A stretch of 64,000 nucleotides of DNA from a virus (IMGVR_UViG_3300028591_000081:64001-128000); one strand, 5' to 3'; numbered from the stretch's first letter, positions 9,750-18,756 are shown. Program-made: numbers and translations. The notes: generated by a model not told the origin, from the sequence alone.

Positions 9750-9917
9750 ATGAGAAGAAAACCTGAGAAACCTTACAGTGTTCGACTAGAGTGTCTTTAC
9801 AGCAGTAATGACCTCGTAGCTTTCTTGGACATTCTGGCCATTATGCTGTCTCTTTTCCTCGGATTTGTCCTGTTGTCGGTAGTTGTGGTCTTGTTCAGAT
9901 CTTGGTTATACTACTAG
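9750..9917 (+). CDS. 55 aa single-TM membrane protein (not in ORF track)
   Basis: Translated by hand as MRRKPEKPYSVRLECLYSSNDLVAFLDILAIMLSLFLGFVLLSVVVVLFRSWLYY; its stop overlaps the next RBS. Confidence 0.5.
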   Translation: MRRKPEKPYSVRLECLYSSNDLVAFLDILAIMLSLFLGFVLLSVVVVLFRSWLYY

Positions 9918-9926
9918 GAGAGCATC

Positions 9927-11126
9927 ATGGGAGTTGATTTTGTCCGTAGTCGTGAGTCGCATCTGACCATAGCGCATGATGCCGTCTATCGTTCCATTTT
10001 TAAGGTGATCGAATCCGAGTCTTTGGCAGTTGGAGATCGCGTCATCGTGGAATTTACGAACGGAATGTACGACCAGTGTATCGTTGTCACCACCGACCCT
10101 CTCAGCCTTGCTCAGTACAAGCCAAAACGGTACATTCGAGAGGATGTCCTGTATCGTGGCACTTTTATCCCGGAACATCTGCGTAAGGGCGTCGTAAGCG
10201 ATCAGGCCGCAACAGGGGACGGTACTGGGGAGGGAGCTGAAGGATCCTCCGGAGATAGCGAAGGCAATGCCGGTGAAGGCGGATCCGTGTCTGGAGATGG
10301 TGAGTTCCACGGCGAGTACAACGAATGTTCCTGCCCTTCAGGGTGCCCTCATTGTAAAGACTGTGGTAAGTCCATGATAGGGCATTGGGGGTACGAACAT
10401 CTGTACTGCCATTGCTGGGAGGATACTGTGGAAGACGATACGGGAGATGGGGACGGAGGAGACTCTGGTGACGGCGGGGATGGAGGGGATTCTGGTGACA
10501 GCGGAGATGGTCAGGATACCCAGAAGCCTTGTCGTTGTCCTCACCATTGTCGTTTTTGCGTATGCCCAAAACGTCCGGACAGCGGTTCAGGATTGCCTGA
10601 GGAACTCAATCCAGTGATGCTGGAATGTCCGGATGAAGTTCTTGAGGGGGAGACGGTATCTTGTAAGGTCAAGCTCCTCAAAGTTAGCGATCACGATGTC
10701 GATGTCATGGTTTCCAGCCGTCCTTCATCGGCATCCATTCCAGACACAGTTACGGTTCCTGCCGGAGAACTGGAGTCGTCATTCGAGTTTGTTATGGGTG
10801 ATGAAGATCTTGAAATTTATGCCGGGGTTCTGTGTGAATTCACGGCCCATGTGAAGAGCAAATCTCTCTTCCCTGAGATTGAGTCGTTGACGGTATTATC
10901 TGGAGATACAGCGGGTCAGCCGTTCCGTATCGAAATCCAACTGAACAAGACTGCAAAAGAAATAACGGTCATTGAGATTGCGTCAGGAGATAACATGGTA
11001 GCTCCAGAAAATTTGGTTATCATGCCCGGAGAGCAGAGTAAGACTTTCGTGGTGGTTCCCTTTGAGAGTTGTACCCTGACGGCTCGTTACGGTTCGTCAG
11101 AAAAGTCTTGTGAAATCACGGTGTAA
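9927..11126 (+). CDS. probable virion protein with Gly/Asp linkers, Cys/His clusters and two C-terminal Ig-like (Calx-beta-like) domains
   Basis: Repeated Ig-like segments (VTVPAGELESSFEF, LVIMPGEQSKTFVV); AGGAG RBS. Confidence 0.55.
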   Translation: MGVDFVRSRESHLTIAHDAVYRSIFKVIESESLAVGDRVIVEFTNGMYDQCIVVTTDPLSLAQYKPKRYIREDVLYRGTFIPEHLRKGVVSDQAATGDGTGEGAEGSSGDSEGNAGEGGSVSGDGEFHGEYNECSCPSGCPHCKDCGKSMIGHWGYEHLYCHCWEDTVEDDTGDGDGGDSGDGGDGGDSGDSGDGQDTQKPCRCPHHCRFCVCPKRPDSGSGLPEELNPVMLECPDEVLEGETVSCKVKLLKVSDHDVDVMVSSRPSSASIPDTVTVPAGELESSFEFVMGDEDLEIYAGVLCEFTAHVKSKSLFPEIESLTVLSGDTAGQPFRIEIQLNKTAKEITVIEIASGDNMVAPENLVIMPGEQSKTFVVVPFESCTLTARYGSSEKSCEITV

Positions 11127-11143
11127 ACGGTCAGTATAGTCGG

Positions 11144-11150
11144 TATCAAA
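11144..11150 (+). promoter_or_regulatory. putative late promoter TATCAAA
   Basis: Intergenic, about 70 nt upstream of 11222. Confidence 0.5.
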
Positions 11151-11221
11151 AGGGGATGTACTCATGTGTATCCTTCGTGAGTATTCCATGATTTCGCGAA
11201 ATCACTATAAGGAGAAAAATT

Positions 11222-11926
11222 ATGATTCGCAAAAACACCTTTACTCGCAATGCACGTCGCGATGTTCGTCGTGCTGAAAATGAAACTTCGATGCGTTCTC
11301 GCAACCGTCGCTTCCGTCGTTATGAGGAAGACGAGAAAGAGGACAAGGAAGAGAACCTGATTGATGTCGCTGAAGTGTCGGACATTGTCGATAAAGCCGT
11401 GGACGCTCTCGGCGAGTACGGTATCAGTGAGATCGAGTACGAAGAGGACAAAGAGCCGCCTGAGAACGAAGCTATCTGCAACGATGAGGACGGCAATGAG
11501 GTCAACATCAGCGTCAATGCCGACGATGCGAAACTCAGCATTGAGCTTGATGAAGAGAACACCATTGAGATCGATCTGAACGCTCCTGAGAAAGATGTCG
11601 ATGAAGCTCTGTCGGCTGACCTTGAAGAGATCTTCAATCCTGAAGATGAGGGTGGTGAGGATAAAGAGGACAAGAAGGATGATGCAAAGGAGCGTCGTAT
11701 CCGCCGTCGTATGGAACAGCGTATGGCTGAATTTCAGCGTCGTCAGGCCCAGAAACGTCGTGTTGAGGCAATCCGTCGTGTTCGTGCAGACATCGAACGT
11801 CAAGACCGTCGTGATGAAGAGCGCAAACCCCGTGTAGGGAACCTCCGTCGTCGTGAGGATCGTCGTGATGAAGAGCGCAAACCCGTGGCCGGTCGTCGCG
11901 TCCGTCGTCCCATGGGTCGCCGCTAA
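11222..11926 (+). CDS. highly charged protein (basic-acidic-basic), prohead core/scaffold or internal head protein candidate
   Basis: TAAGGAG RBS, strong CGT codon bias, own terminator; 24-bp internal repeat at 11807-11830 and 11861-11884. Confidence 0.55.
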   Translation: MIRKNTFTRNARRDVRRAENETSMRSRNRRFRRYEEDEKEDKEENLIDVAEVSDIVDKAVDALGEYGISEIEYEEDKEPPENEAICNDEDGNEVNISVNADDAKLSIELDEENTIEIDLNAPEKDVDEALSADLEEIFNPEDEGGEDKEDKKDDAKERRIRRRMEQRMAEFQRRQAQKRRVEAIRRVRADIERQDRRDEERKPRVGNLRRREDRRDEERKPVAGRRVRRPMGRR

Positions 11927-11969
11927 GATTTCTACGTAGCACCTTAACTCCAAAGAGATCAAGAAACAG

Positions 11970-12010
11970 AGAAGCCCCGATGGATTTCCTTCCATCGGGG
12001 CTTCTTTTTT
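11970..12010 (+). terminator. intrinsic terminator
   Basis: agaagccccgatgga / tccatcggggcttct stem followed by a T tract. Confidence 0.9.
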
Positions 12011-12141
12011 ATCGTGTACTGATGCAGAAATTTCTTGCAAACTTGACCACAGGCGCATATCTAAGCCAAATGGAGCCGATGATGTGGTTTTGTCGGCGTA
12101 GTTACATAGCCTTGAAGGCTACACCTCATAGGGGCGTTTTT

Positions 12142-12447
12142 ATGAAGAAAAAATCTGAACTGGTTGCTGTTATTGCTGAACGTGCTGAACTTTCGAAGAA
12201 GAAGGCCAACGAAGTTCTGGACATTGTGGTTGAAACCGTCATCGACTCTTTGAAAGAAGGTGAATCCGTAGCACTCGCAGGTCTAGGCACTCTGTCTGTC
12301 GGGGATAGAGCCGCTCGTAATGGTCACAATCCTCGTACTGGGGAAGCCATCAAGATTGCCGCCAGTAAGTGCATCAAGTTCCGTCAGTCCTCGAAGATCA
12401 AACAGGATCTCAATGCAAAGAAACCTGCTAAAAAAGCGAAGAAGTGA
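12142..12447 (+). CDS. hup: HU family histone-like DNA-binding protein
   Basis: MKKKSELVAVIAE...GLGTL...RAARNGHNPRTGEAIKIAASK..KFR; Lys-rich tail. Confidence 0.93.
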   Translation: MKKKSELVAVIAERAELSKKKANEVLDIVVETVIDSLKEGESVALAGLGTLSVGDRAARNGHNPRTGEAIKIAASKCIKFRQSSKIKQDLNAKKPAKKAKK

Positions 12448-12470
12448 TTGACCCTACCTTCTTGATACTT

Positions 12471-12503
12471 AAAGCCCAAGCCTACATTGCTTGGGCTTTT
12501 TTT
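12471..12503 (+). terminator. intrinsic terminator
   Basis: aaagcccaag / cttgggcttt stem plus a T tract that runs into the next promoter box. Confidence 0.85.
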
Positions 12504-12544
12504 GTGGTGCTGAATGAATTTTCCCGAGATTTCCATGTTATAGG
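12503..12544 (+). promoter_or_regulatory. GGTGCTG-box promoter
   Basis: TGTGGTGCTG-N23-TG-T-TATAGG. Confidence 0.75.
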
Positions 12545-12597
12545 TGTCCTTGTCAGACAGAGCTTCCAGAGTGGGGGCCGTAACTTAGGGAGTTACC

Positions 12598-12801
12598 ATG
12601 ATCACTCGATACATCATTCAGCATCAGACGGTGGATCGCAAACGTTGGGTGGATGAGCAGACCTTCACCAATGCCCTTGATACCTACATCGTAATTGCCA
12701 AGTGGGGCGTGCTCTGGCCGTGCTACAAACATCGGGTTATTGAGCGTTGCATCCTTGGGGATGGCACCTACACTGAAACTGTACTGTCCATCCATAAGTA
12801 G
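12598..12801 (+). CDS. small hypothetical protein
   Basis: GGGAG RBS; first gene after the promoter. Confidence 0.6.
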   Translation: MITRYIIQHQTVDRKRWVDEQTFTNALDTYIVIAKWGVLWPCYKHRVIERCILGDGTYTETVLSIHK

Positions 12802-12811
12802 GAGGTTTATC

Positions 12812-13063
12812 ATGGCATACGAAGTGAATCGTGATGGCGACGTGAAGGTCTTTAATTTTACCGTGCATTTTTTAGACACCAACTCCACTACGGATGAGCG
12901 CACTTCCGAGCAGTTTGTCGATTACAATGATGGGTGGAACTGGGCACGTAAAATCGGAGAGTATTGGGCATCTTTGGACCACACTAATTACTACGAAGTT
13001 CTTTGGGATTACACTTGGAAATCCAGAGGTAGTGCAAGTTTCGCTTGGGGATCCGTAGGGTGA
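12812..13063 (+). CDS. small hypothetical protein (Trp-rich)
   Basis: AGGAGG RBS before ATG 12812. Confidence 0.65.
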   Translation: MAYEVNRDGDVKVFNFTVHFLDTNSTTDERTSEQFVDYNDGWNWARKIGEYWASLDHTNYYEVLWDYTWKSRGSASFAWGSVG

Positions 13064-13187
13064 AAGCATTGTTGAGTTCGCACGAAACCATGTAAGCATG
13101 TTGCCGTGATCTGTCCTGAGTTCCCCATGCATAGGGATGTTCCTGTTCCTTTACGCATCTTTTTGGAGACATTTGATGGAGGTTGTA

Positions 13188-13844
13188 ATGAGTGGTTGTG
13201 GGAGGACATTTTCTAAAACGAAATCGGTTGAAGATCAGGCAGTCTTGACGTTTGAGGAAATCCAAGAAGTCGTCGGAGGAAAGATAGGTGAGGAGCTGAA
13301 CTGTGTTGAATGGCATTTTAGTACGGCTAACTTTAAGTCTCTTTGTCCTTTAGGCCAGTGTCCTGTTTCCGGATGGGATGAGAACAAGATAACAGTTACA
13401 GCCACGGTATCTGCGGAGACTGCAAAAGTATTACAGCAGTGGATGAATTTGAACTATTCAGGTGTGTCGTCAAGAGCTTCTGGAACCATGTGGGTTCGTC
13501 ATCCATCAGGAATCCTGAAATACCGTCTAAGTCTTAGCCATATCATCCCGCTGGGTGCTACTTTTGAGGACTGTCGTGACGATACAAGTAAGGTTCTTGT
13601 TCACATGATTCTTTCATGTGGTTCGTTCTATCTGGAAGAACGTCACGAGTCCCCAACGCCTTTGTTCGTTTTGGATTATCCGCACTCGGTGCTTTACCGT
13701 CTGATGTACAAAGATCATTTCACAAACAAAGTGATTTACGAGGTGTTTACGTCACTTGAGGATGCCGAGCTTCGACGTGACGAAGTGTCTGACATCGGAG
13801 CATCAATTTCTGAGCTGATGATCAATGCCGTAGAACTGGAGTAG
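13188..13844 (+). CDS. hypothetical protein with weak resemblance to the T4 gp19 tail-tube fold
   Basis: GGAGG RBS; pattern W..ITVT...QQWM...G..Y.L..IIP. Confidence 0.45.
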   Translation: MSGCGRTFSKTKSVEDQAVLTFEEIQEVVGGKIGEELNCVEWHFSTANFKSLCPLGQCPVSGWDENKITVTATVSAETAKVLQQWMNLNYSGVSSRASGTMWVRHPSGILKYRLSLSHIIPLGATFEDCRDDTSKVLVHMILSCGSFYLEERHESPTPLFVLDYPHSVLYRLMYKDHFTNKVIYEVFTSLEDAELRRDEVSDIGASISELMINAVELE

Positions 13845-13878
13845 AATATGTCTGACAAAGCGAAAAGGAGAAAGGGCA

Positions 13879-14055
13879 ATGACCGTAAAAGAGTTGATGG
13901 AAAAACTGGCACCACTCAATCCTGAGTCACAGGTTCTTGTTCGTTTTTTGAACGGCGACGCTTTTGGGTCAGCTTGGCTAGACCTTGAGGACTTTGACGA
14001 AGACGACGTTATAGCAGAAGACCACACAGTTATTCTTGACATTTCAAACAAATAA
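13879..14055 (+). CDS. 58 aa phage protein (MTVKELMEKL...), not in ORF track
   Basis: Translated by hand; AGGAG upstream; fills the gap between neighbouring genes. Confidence 0.65.
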   Translation: MTVKELMEKLAPLNPESQVLVRFLNGDAFGSAWLDLEDFDEDDVIAEDHTVILDISNK

Positions 14056-14067
14056 GGGGAGGTGTCT

Positions 14068-14430
14068 ATGAAAGTCATCCTTGAGTTTACAGAGTCTCAG
14101 TTGTCGTTGTTGTGCAGAATTTCAGCAGAAAAGGGCAAAACTTTGGAGCAGTTGATCGCCCTGTCTGTCTGTAAGTTTATTGAATCTGAACAAACCCATT
14201 CTATTGCTACTGATCCCGCTCCAAATCCGGCAGTGTCTCAGGTTCTTGCACCTTCCACACCTTCCCCATCTTCTTCCATGTTCCAGATTTCAGCAAACCC
14301 ACGTTCGTTTTGCACGCCGGTAGTATCTCAAGATTCTTCAGAGGATGTTGTTGAAGAGGAAGTGGCTGAAGAGATCACCGAATTCGACAGCGAAGAGGAT
14401 ATGAAATCCGTGGAAGAATTCTTGTTTTAG
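14068..14430 (+). CDS. small protein with ribbon-helix-helix-like N-terminus and acidic tail
   Basis: GGAGG RBS; MKVILEFTESQLSLLCRISAEKGKTLEQLI; ends EEFLF. Confidence 0.5.
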   Translation: MKVILEFTESQLSLLCRISAEKGKTLEQLIALSVCKFIESEQTHSIATDPAPNPAVSQVLAPSTPSPSSSMFQISANPRSFCTPVVSQDSSEDVVEEEVAEEITEFDSEEDMKSVEEFLF

Positions 14431-14443
14431 TGGGGGCGTAATC

Positions 14444-15589
14444 ATGGGTGTTTACATTTCAAGATCTGTGCTGGAGTATGCCAGAGACCTTGCTAATCTA
14501 TTTCATGTAAATCAGTTCGAAGGTTCATTTCAGTTCTACTCTAAGAAACCTTCGTATGTGGTAGAACTGGACCCGAACACCTCCTGTGCCCGGGTGATTC
14601 TTCCGACTGCACTCAAAGGGCTTCAGATGGTTTATCGAGGTGTGTATCCGAGCCTTGAGGTTTCTTCGGGACAGCCTTCTGACCTTAGCATGGATAAGAT
14701 TCTGGTCATGGCCACACACTCGGAAATTTCTGCGTGTGAGAATGAGTTTGGTGTGGCCGTGGATTCACTCACTTCTGTGGAACATAATGCTGTGCTTGAC
14801 CTCATAGACCATGCCGATTGGTCAGAGGTTCCAGTTAGTTATCTGGCCATTGAGTACCTGTGCAGTCTGATGTACAAGAACACAGTGTTCAAGGGAGAGG
14901 GTTGGGTCTCGATGAATCGATCTGGGGTTCGTGTGTGGCATCGTGGTATCGGGATTGAGACTTTCTGGACGGGATCGGAATGTCCTGAGTATTACAAGGT
15001 ACCTCTCCCGGCTCTGTATTATGACATCGCAGTTGAAGGTGGAAAGTCTGCCTCTCGGCTTGGTGTTACGGTTGCCTTTTCTGAGAACTGCACACTCCTT
15101 GGGAATACGGTGCCTTACGGAAGGAATCTTCTGTGGTCAGGGTCTCCAAAGAATGATGAGGATTCCGTTTTTGCGCTTCTGAGCCAAAGACGTTCACGCG
15201 GTATGTGTACTGTGCATTCTTCCTCGGCACAGATTTCAGACGACATGGTCTCAAAGTGCAGGGAAGTTACTGTGTCTACGTCTGGCCAAGGAATTGATGT
15301 TATCGTTCTTATGAGCAATGGTTACATTTCCACGGCTCACTGTGATGCTGAGTTCGCAACTTCAGTTCTTTGTTCCAGACCGATGAAAGTGATGAATGGG
15401 GATATCTTGATGATGATGCTGAAGAGTGGTTTCGATGGAACCGTCAGTCTTTATCAAACAGACACATGCGGGCACACGCTCGTCTTTGAGACAGACTATG
15501 AGCTAGGAGGGTTGTTCAACCTTGCCCGTCCTCGAAATGCCGATGGCCGACGCGTGACGACAAGAGTCTATTTCTCGTGCATCGGTTGA
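14444..15589 (+). CDS. hypothetical 381 aa protein (tentative sliding-clamp-like)
   Basis: Clear ORF. The clamp idea rests only on its size and weak patterns (LVMATH, MNGDILMMML..GTVSL). Confidence 0.4.
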   Translation: MGVYISRSVLEYARDLANLFHVNQFEGSFQFYSKKPSYVVELDPNTSCARVILPTALKGLQMVYRGVYPSLEVSSGQPSDLSMDKILVMATHSEISACENEFGVAVDSLTSVEHNAVLDLIDHADWSEVPVSYLAIEYLCSLMYKNTVFKGEGWVSMNRSGVRVWHRGIGIETFWTGSECPEYYKVPLPALYYDIAVEGGKSASRLGVTVAFSENCTLLGNTVPYGRNLLWSGSPKNDEDSVFALLSQRRSRGMCTVHSSSAQISDDMVSKCREVTVSTSGQGIDVIVLMSNGYISTAHCDAEFATSVLCSRPMKVMNGDILMMMLKSGFDGTVSLYQTDTCGHTLVFETDYELGGLFNLARPRNADGRRVTTRVYFSCIG

Positions 15590-15597
15590 TTCTTTCG

Positions 15598-15635
15598 TCC
15601 GCATCACAGGATAAGAAGTGGTGCGGATTTTTTTT
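15598..15635 (+). terminator. intrinsic terminator
   Basis: tccgcatcac / gtggtgcgga stem plus T8. Confidence 0.8.
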
Positions 15636-15656
15636 GTATCTGTAAGGAGACGTACC

Positions 15657-15893
15657 ATGACCGAAATCGCCCTGTGTTTGTCGCTTCTTTGCCCGGCTGT
15701 CAATGTCGAAGTCCATGAGAATGGAGAGTACGTGTACCTGTGTTATGAGGGCGGTGTGTTCCCTCCAATCACAGGCCCTCTGGACAATATGAAAGAACCT
15801 ATCGAAACAGATTCAGAGAGTCTGAAGAAGGCTTGTGAAATGTGTGGCCTTTGTTTCGGTTCTGCACGTGCTGAGTCCGAACAGACTAAATGA
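15657..15893 (+). CDS. small hypothetical protein
   Basis: TAAGGAG RBS before ATG 15657. Confidence 0.6.
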   Translation: MTEIALCLSLLCPAVNVEVHENGEYVYLCYEGGVFPPITGPLDNMKEPIETDSESLKKACEMCGLCFGSARAESEQTK

Positions 15894-15908
15894 CGTGTAG
15901 GAGCCACT

Positions 15909-16517
15909 ATGCTTAGAATTCGAAAAACCCCATGTACACGCCGTTTACGGAATGAGGATGTGAGCCTGTCCAAGTCCGATTTGTTCTTTGCCTTGTGGTA
16001 CAAGCTGACTCAGTCCGGTGTGAATGTTGACCGTGTTGATGATCACAGTTACGTCATTCAGGTGAACTTGTACGACGAACCTGTGACGACGATGCTGGTA
16101 GACCGCCGTGTAGGAAGTACCTATGACATGATGAACGCCGTTATCACTCTGACGTTCTGGGACTATGGACAGATTCTTTTGGATGATGGGTACATCGAAG
16201 AGGCTATCTCTGAGGATGTCACCAACCTGCGTGAGGCCGTAGACTGGGTAGAATACAACTGTCCTTCTGAGATTACGAACCTGACCTATCACTTGAAGTC
16301 TGAACGAGATGCTACGGTACTGGCCCGGGACATTCAAGGTATGGTACTTCAGATGGAAACCGACTTTTCAAAAATCGAGGATTATCTGCAACAGGTCTTC
16401 ACAAAAGTTGACGCGGCCAGCCGAAAAAGGCAAAGTACCCGTCGGAAGCGTTCTTGTTCGGAGAAACATCGCATTGCCCGTATGCGTAAGGCTGGACGAT
16501 GTAGGAGGAAACCATGA
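15909..16517 (+). CDS. hypothetical protein with basic termini and acidic core (internal head protein candidate)
   Basis: AGGAG RBS; leader MLRIRKTPCTRRLRNE; TATCGAA at 15800-15806. Confidence 0.6.
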   Translation: MLRIRKTPCTRRLRNEDVSLSKSDLFFALWYKLTQSGVNVDRVDDHSYVIQVNLYDEPVTTMLVDRRVGSTYDMMNAVITLTFWDYGQILLDDGYIEEAISEDVTNLREAVDWVEYNCPSEITNLTYHLKSERDATVLARDIQGMVLQMETDFSKIEDYLQQVFTKVDAASRKRQSTRRKRSCSEKHRIARMRKAGRCRRKP

Positions 16518-16738
16518 GGGTTCTTGTTCTTGTTGTCTTCCTCAGTTGTTTCATTCTTGGATGTTCAACGACAAAGGTGTCTCAGAAAAAAGCCACGCGC
16601 CTTGCTATCGGGCACTGTGGTTGCTCTGATATTAAGTGCCTATCTCAGGACATGGTTCGATTTGATCTTCCCAAGCTCGACAAAGAGGTATTTCGAGACA
16701 TGTGTACCGGCCAGAACAAGGGAGGGAATGATGAGTAA
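16514..16738 (+). CDS. small lipoprotein
   Basis: Hydrophobic signal with ILGC lipobox; GGAGG RBS. Confidence 0.6.
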   Translation: MRVLVLVVFLSCFILGCSTTKVSQKKATRLAIGHCGCSDIKCLSQDMVRFDLPKLDKEVFRDMCTGQNKGGNDE

Positions 16739-16850
16739 ATGGACTATACTTGCGGTAGCGGCCTTGTCGGTATCCGCCGGAATCTTTCTTCTTTGTTCCG
16801 TATCCTCTCTGATACGAGACCTTGAAGATGCTTTCAGTTACGAAGACTAA
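16728..16850 (+). CDS. 40 aa membrane peptide
   Basis: GGAGG RBS; MMSKWTILAVAALSVSAGIFLLCSVSSL. Confidence 0.45.
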   Translation: MMSKWTILAVAALSVSAGIFLLCSVSSLIRDLEDAFSYED

Positions 16851-16853
16851 AAA

Positions 16854-16880
16854 GAAAGGGCACCATAGAGTGCCCTTTTC
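16854..16880. terminator. bidirectional terminator between convergent genes
   Basis: aaagggcac / gtgcccttt stem with A and T flanks. Confidence 0.75.
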
Positions 16881-17266
16881 TATTTCTCGGTATCCGTCGT
16901 TTGTTCCGGCAGGATTTCATTATCTCCTGCTTCGGTCTTAACACTGTTCACATAGGTGATGACTGACTGCATTCGTGCAGAACATACCGCGTAGTTGGTG
17001 GACAGGTCTATGAGTGACATGAGGAGTTCACCATTGGTTTGAATCGTGAATGGTTTCTGCTCAGGGCAGGGCGTGAGCAGACTGTCTGACGGGTACACAT
17101 ACTTGGTCTGTACCACTGTGACCACTTCAGTTTTTGTTTCCACGGTCTTGCAGGCAGAGAACGTCATCGACATTGCCATTAAGACCGAGAAGATCATTGA
17201 GTAATGATTCAGGAATCTTCTGATCGAACCAGCTAAGGGCTTCTTCGTCATTCTTGATGGTTTCAT
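16880..17266 (-). CDS. Rz1-like o-spanin lipoprotein (true start may be an internal Met)
   Basis: Lipobox FSAC; YVYPSDSLLTPCP..TNGELL...C.ARM; overlaps the 3' end of the i-spanin gene in another frame. Confidence 0.75.
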   Translation of the reverse strand: MKPSRMTKKPLAGSIRRFLNHYSMIFSVLMAMSMTFSACKTVETKTEVVTVVQTKYVYPSDSLLTPCPEQKPFTIQTNGELLMSLIDLSTNYAVCSARMQSVITYVNSVKTEAGDNEILPEQTTDTEK

Positions 17267-17603
17267 ATACCTTCTCCGTCACTTCTTTCCCGGTCTCTAT
17301 GGCCGTGGTCTCAGCTTCCTGTCTTTGCGATAGGGCTTGGAGTTCCGCATCTCTGGAGATGATAACGGCTTTTTGGTGGTCTATTTCGGACTGAAGTCCA
17401 GCGATCCGCTTCTTCATGTCCTCGACTTCTTGCGTCTTGAAACTCACCTCGTCCTTCAGCTCGTTTATCTGCTTCAGACGTTCGTTGTCTTTCTCAGTGT
17501 ACTGGCAAGACTTCACGGCAACCGTCATCCCAAGGAAGAGGATGATGGCCACTAATGACCCAGAAATCAGTTTCCATGTTGTACTGGATAGCGCGTCGAA
17601 CAT
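17127..17603 (-). CDS. Rz-like i-spanin
   Basis: N-terminal TM, long coiled coil, WFDQKIPESL motif; GGAG RBS before ATG 17603. Confidence 0.75.
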   Translation of the reverse strand: MFDALSSTTWKLISGSLVAIILFLGMTVAVKSCQYTEKDNERLKQINELKDEVSFKTQEVEDMKKRIAGLQSEIDHQKAVIISRDAELQALSQRQEAETTAIETGKEVTEKVYETIKNDEEALSWFDQKIPESLLNDLLGLNGNVDDVLCLQDRGNKN

Positions 17604-17639
17604 AGCAAACACTCCGTCACCCCAAAGATTTGTGTAAGG

Positions 17640-17646
17640 TTCGATA
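17640..17646 (-). promoter_or_regulatory. putative late promoter TATCGAA
   Basis: About 37 nt upstream of the spanin start. Confidence 0.5.
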
Positions 17647-17659
17647 GTGGTACGAAGGC

Positions 17660-17701
17660 TATGGTGCTGTTTGCTTAGAACGATACTTTTTGGGGTATTA
17701 T
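17660..17701 (+). promoter_or_regulatory. GGTGCTG-box promoter
   Basis: TATGGTGCTG-N26-TATTAT (GG in place of the extended TG). Confidence 0.7.
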
Positions 17702-17742
17702 CTCTTTTGGGGGTTTTTACTTTGTTTGGGAGGAAATCGGTT

Positions 17743-18756
17743 ATGTTTGTTAAGATGTCATTAGGTTCTGAGTATCGCGTAGAAGGTTGGGACAAATTCC
17801 CAGATAAGAGACTAGCTAAGGAGCTAAAACAATGGATGAACCGATGTCCCGTACAACTTCGCGAGGTGGATTATGATCTCCGTGAGGATGTCCATTTTAT
17901 GATCGAATCTTATTTCAGAAGATATGCTATAAAGACCTCCATTTCTGATCTGGAGCGATATTCTTTTTCTTATGATCTGGTACCTGTTCCTGAGTTGTCA
18001 ATGATATTTGAATCAGGAAATTGTGGTCAAGACGATAACCCTACCGTAGAAGAGGAATGTTATCGTACTTTTGACTTCAAAGGGGTATGCGGTAATCACC
18101 ACTCTCCGGTTCGGATGTGTGAGCCTGTTCTTATTCAGGCACTCCTAGAAGCTGAGATCGAAGTTTATTATGACACACAGTCGGGTATTTTTACGACTCC
18201 GTATTTGATTGCTTCAAAGCCGATCTGCGGCATAGGAATTACTCCTATGGAGAGATATGGAAGACCTTTGCTGTCTGTCAAACATTCCAAACCTGCCCTC
18301 AAGCTGTTCGAGGATGCTTGTTTGAATGGTACTTTTCAAACTTTGGACGAGGTGATGGTACACATGCCAAGACCCTTCAGTCATTTTTTAGTTGATGAAA
18401 ATTTCCCATGGTTTGGAGATATGGATGATGTGGAAAAGGTCATTCCTTCATGGGGTTCAATGGTATCGGAGTCTGATAAAATGATTCTTCGAAAACTGTT
18501 TGGACAGACAACAAAATGCTCCGCCTTCTCAAAAGTTCGTTCGGATACAAGGGCGTTCCCCACCGCTTTCAAAATGTCTTTGTGGGCGTCAGAGAGAGAT
18601 CATTTGTGCGGTATTTGTGGGAAACCCATCCTCTCTTTTGAAGATTGTGAAGTAGACCATATAATCCCTTATAGTAAAGGAGGTACCACCACGCCTGATA
18701 ACGCCCAACTCACGCATCGAAACTGTAATCGTAAAAAGCGAGACAAGATTCTCTAG
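17743..18756 (+). CDS. protein with C-terminal HNH endonuclease domain
   Basis: CGICG...EVDHIIPYSKGGTTTPDNAQLTHRNCNRKK; GGAGG RBS before ATG 17743. Confidence 0.85.
   Translation: MFVKMSLGSEYRVEGWDKFPDKRLAKELKQWMNRCPVQLREVDYDLREDVHFMIESYFRRYAIKTSISDLERYSFSYDLVPVPELSMIFESGNCGQDDNPTVEEECYRTFDFKGVCGNHHSPVRMCEPVLIQALLEAEIEVYYDTQSGIFTTPYLIASKPICGIGITPMERYGRPLLSVKHSKPALKLFEDACLNGTFQTLDEVMVHMPRPFSHFLVDENFPWFGDMDDVEKVIPSWGSMVSESDKMILRKLFGQTTKCSAFSKVRSDTRAFPTAFKMSLWASERDHLCGICGKPILSFEDCEVDHIIPYSKGGTTTPDNAQLTHRNCNRKKRDKIL

Noticed and set aside
10440-10515. GGAGAYGG-type nucleotide repeats
   Set aside because: Explained by the Gly/Asp low-complexity protein linker.
11162-12058. Long antisense ORFs (also 42630..43358, 51994..52884 and many shorter ones)
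   Set aside because: They shadow well-supported genes on the other strand and lack RBSs or recognisable motifs.
15617-15627. GTGGTGCGG resembling the GGTGCTG box
   Set aside because: It is the 3' arm of a terminator stem and has no -10 at the 26-27 nt spacing.
17743-18756. HNH gene as an intron-encoded homing element
   Set aside because: It is free-standing with its own promoter and interrupts no gene.
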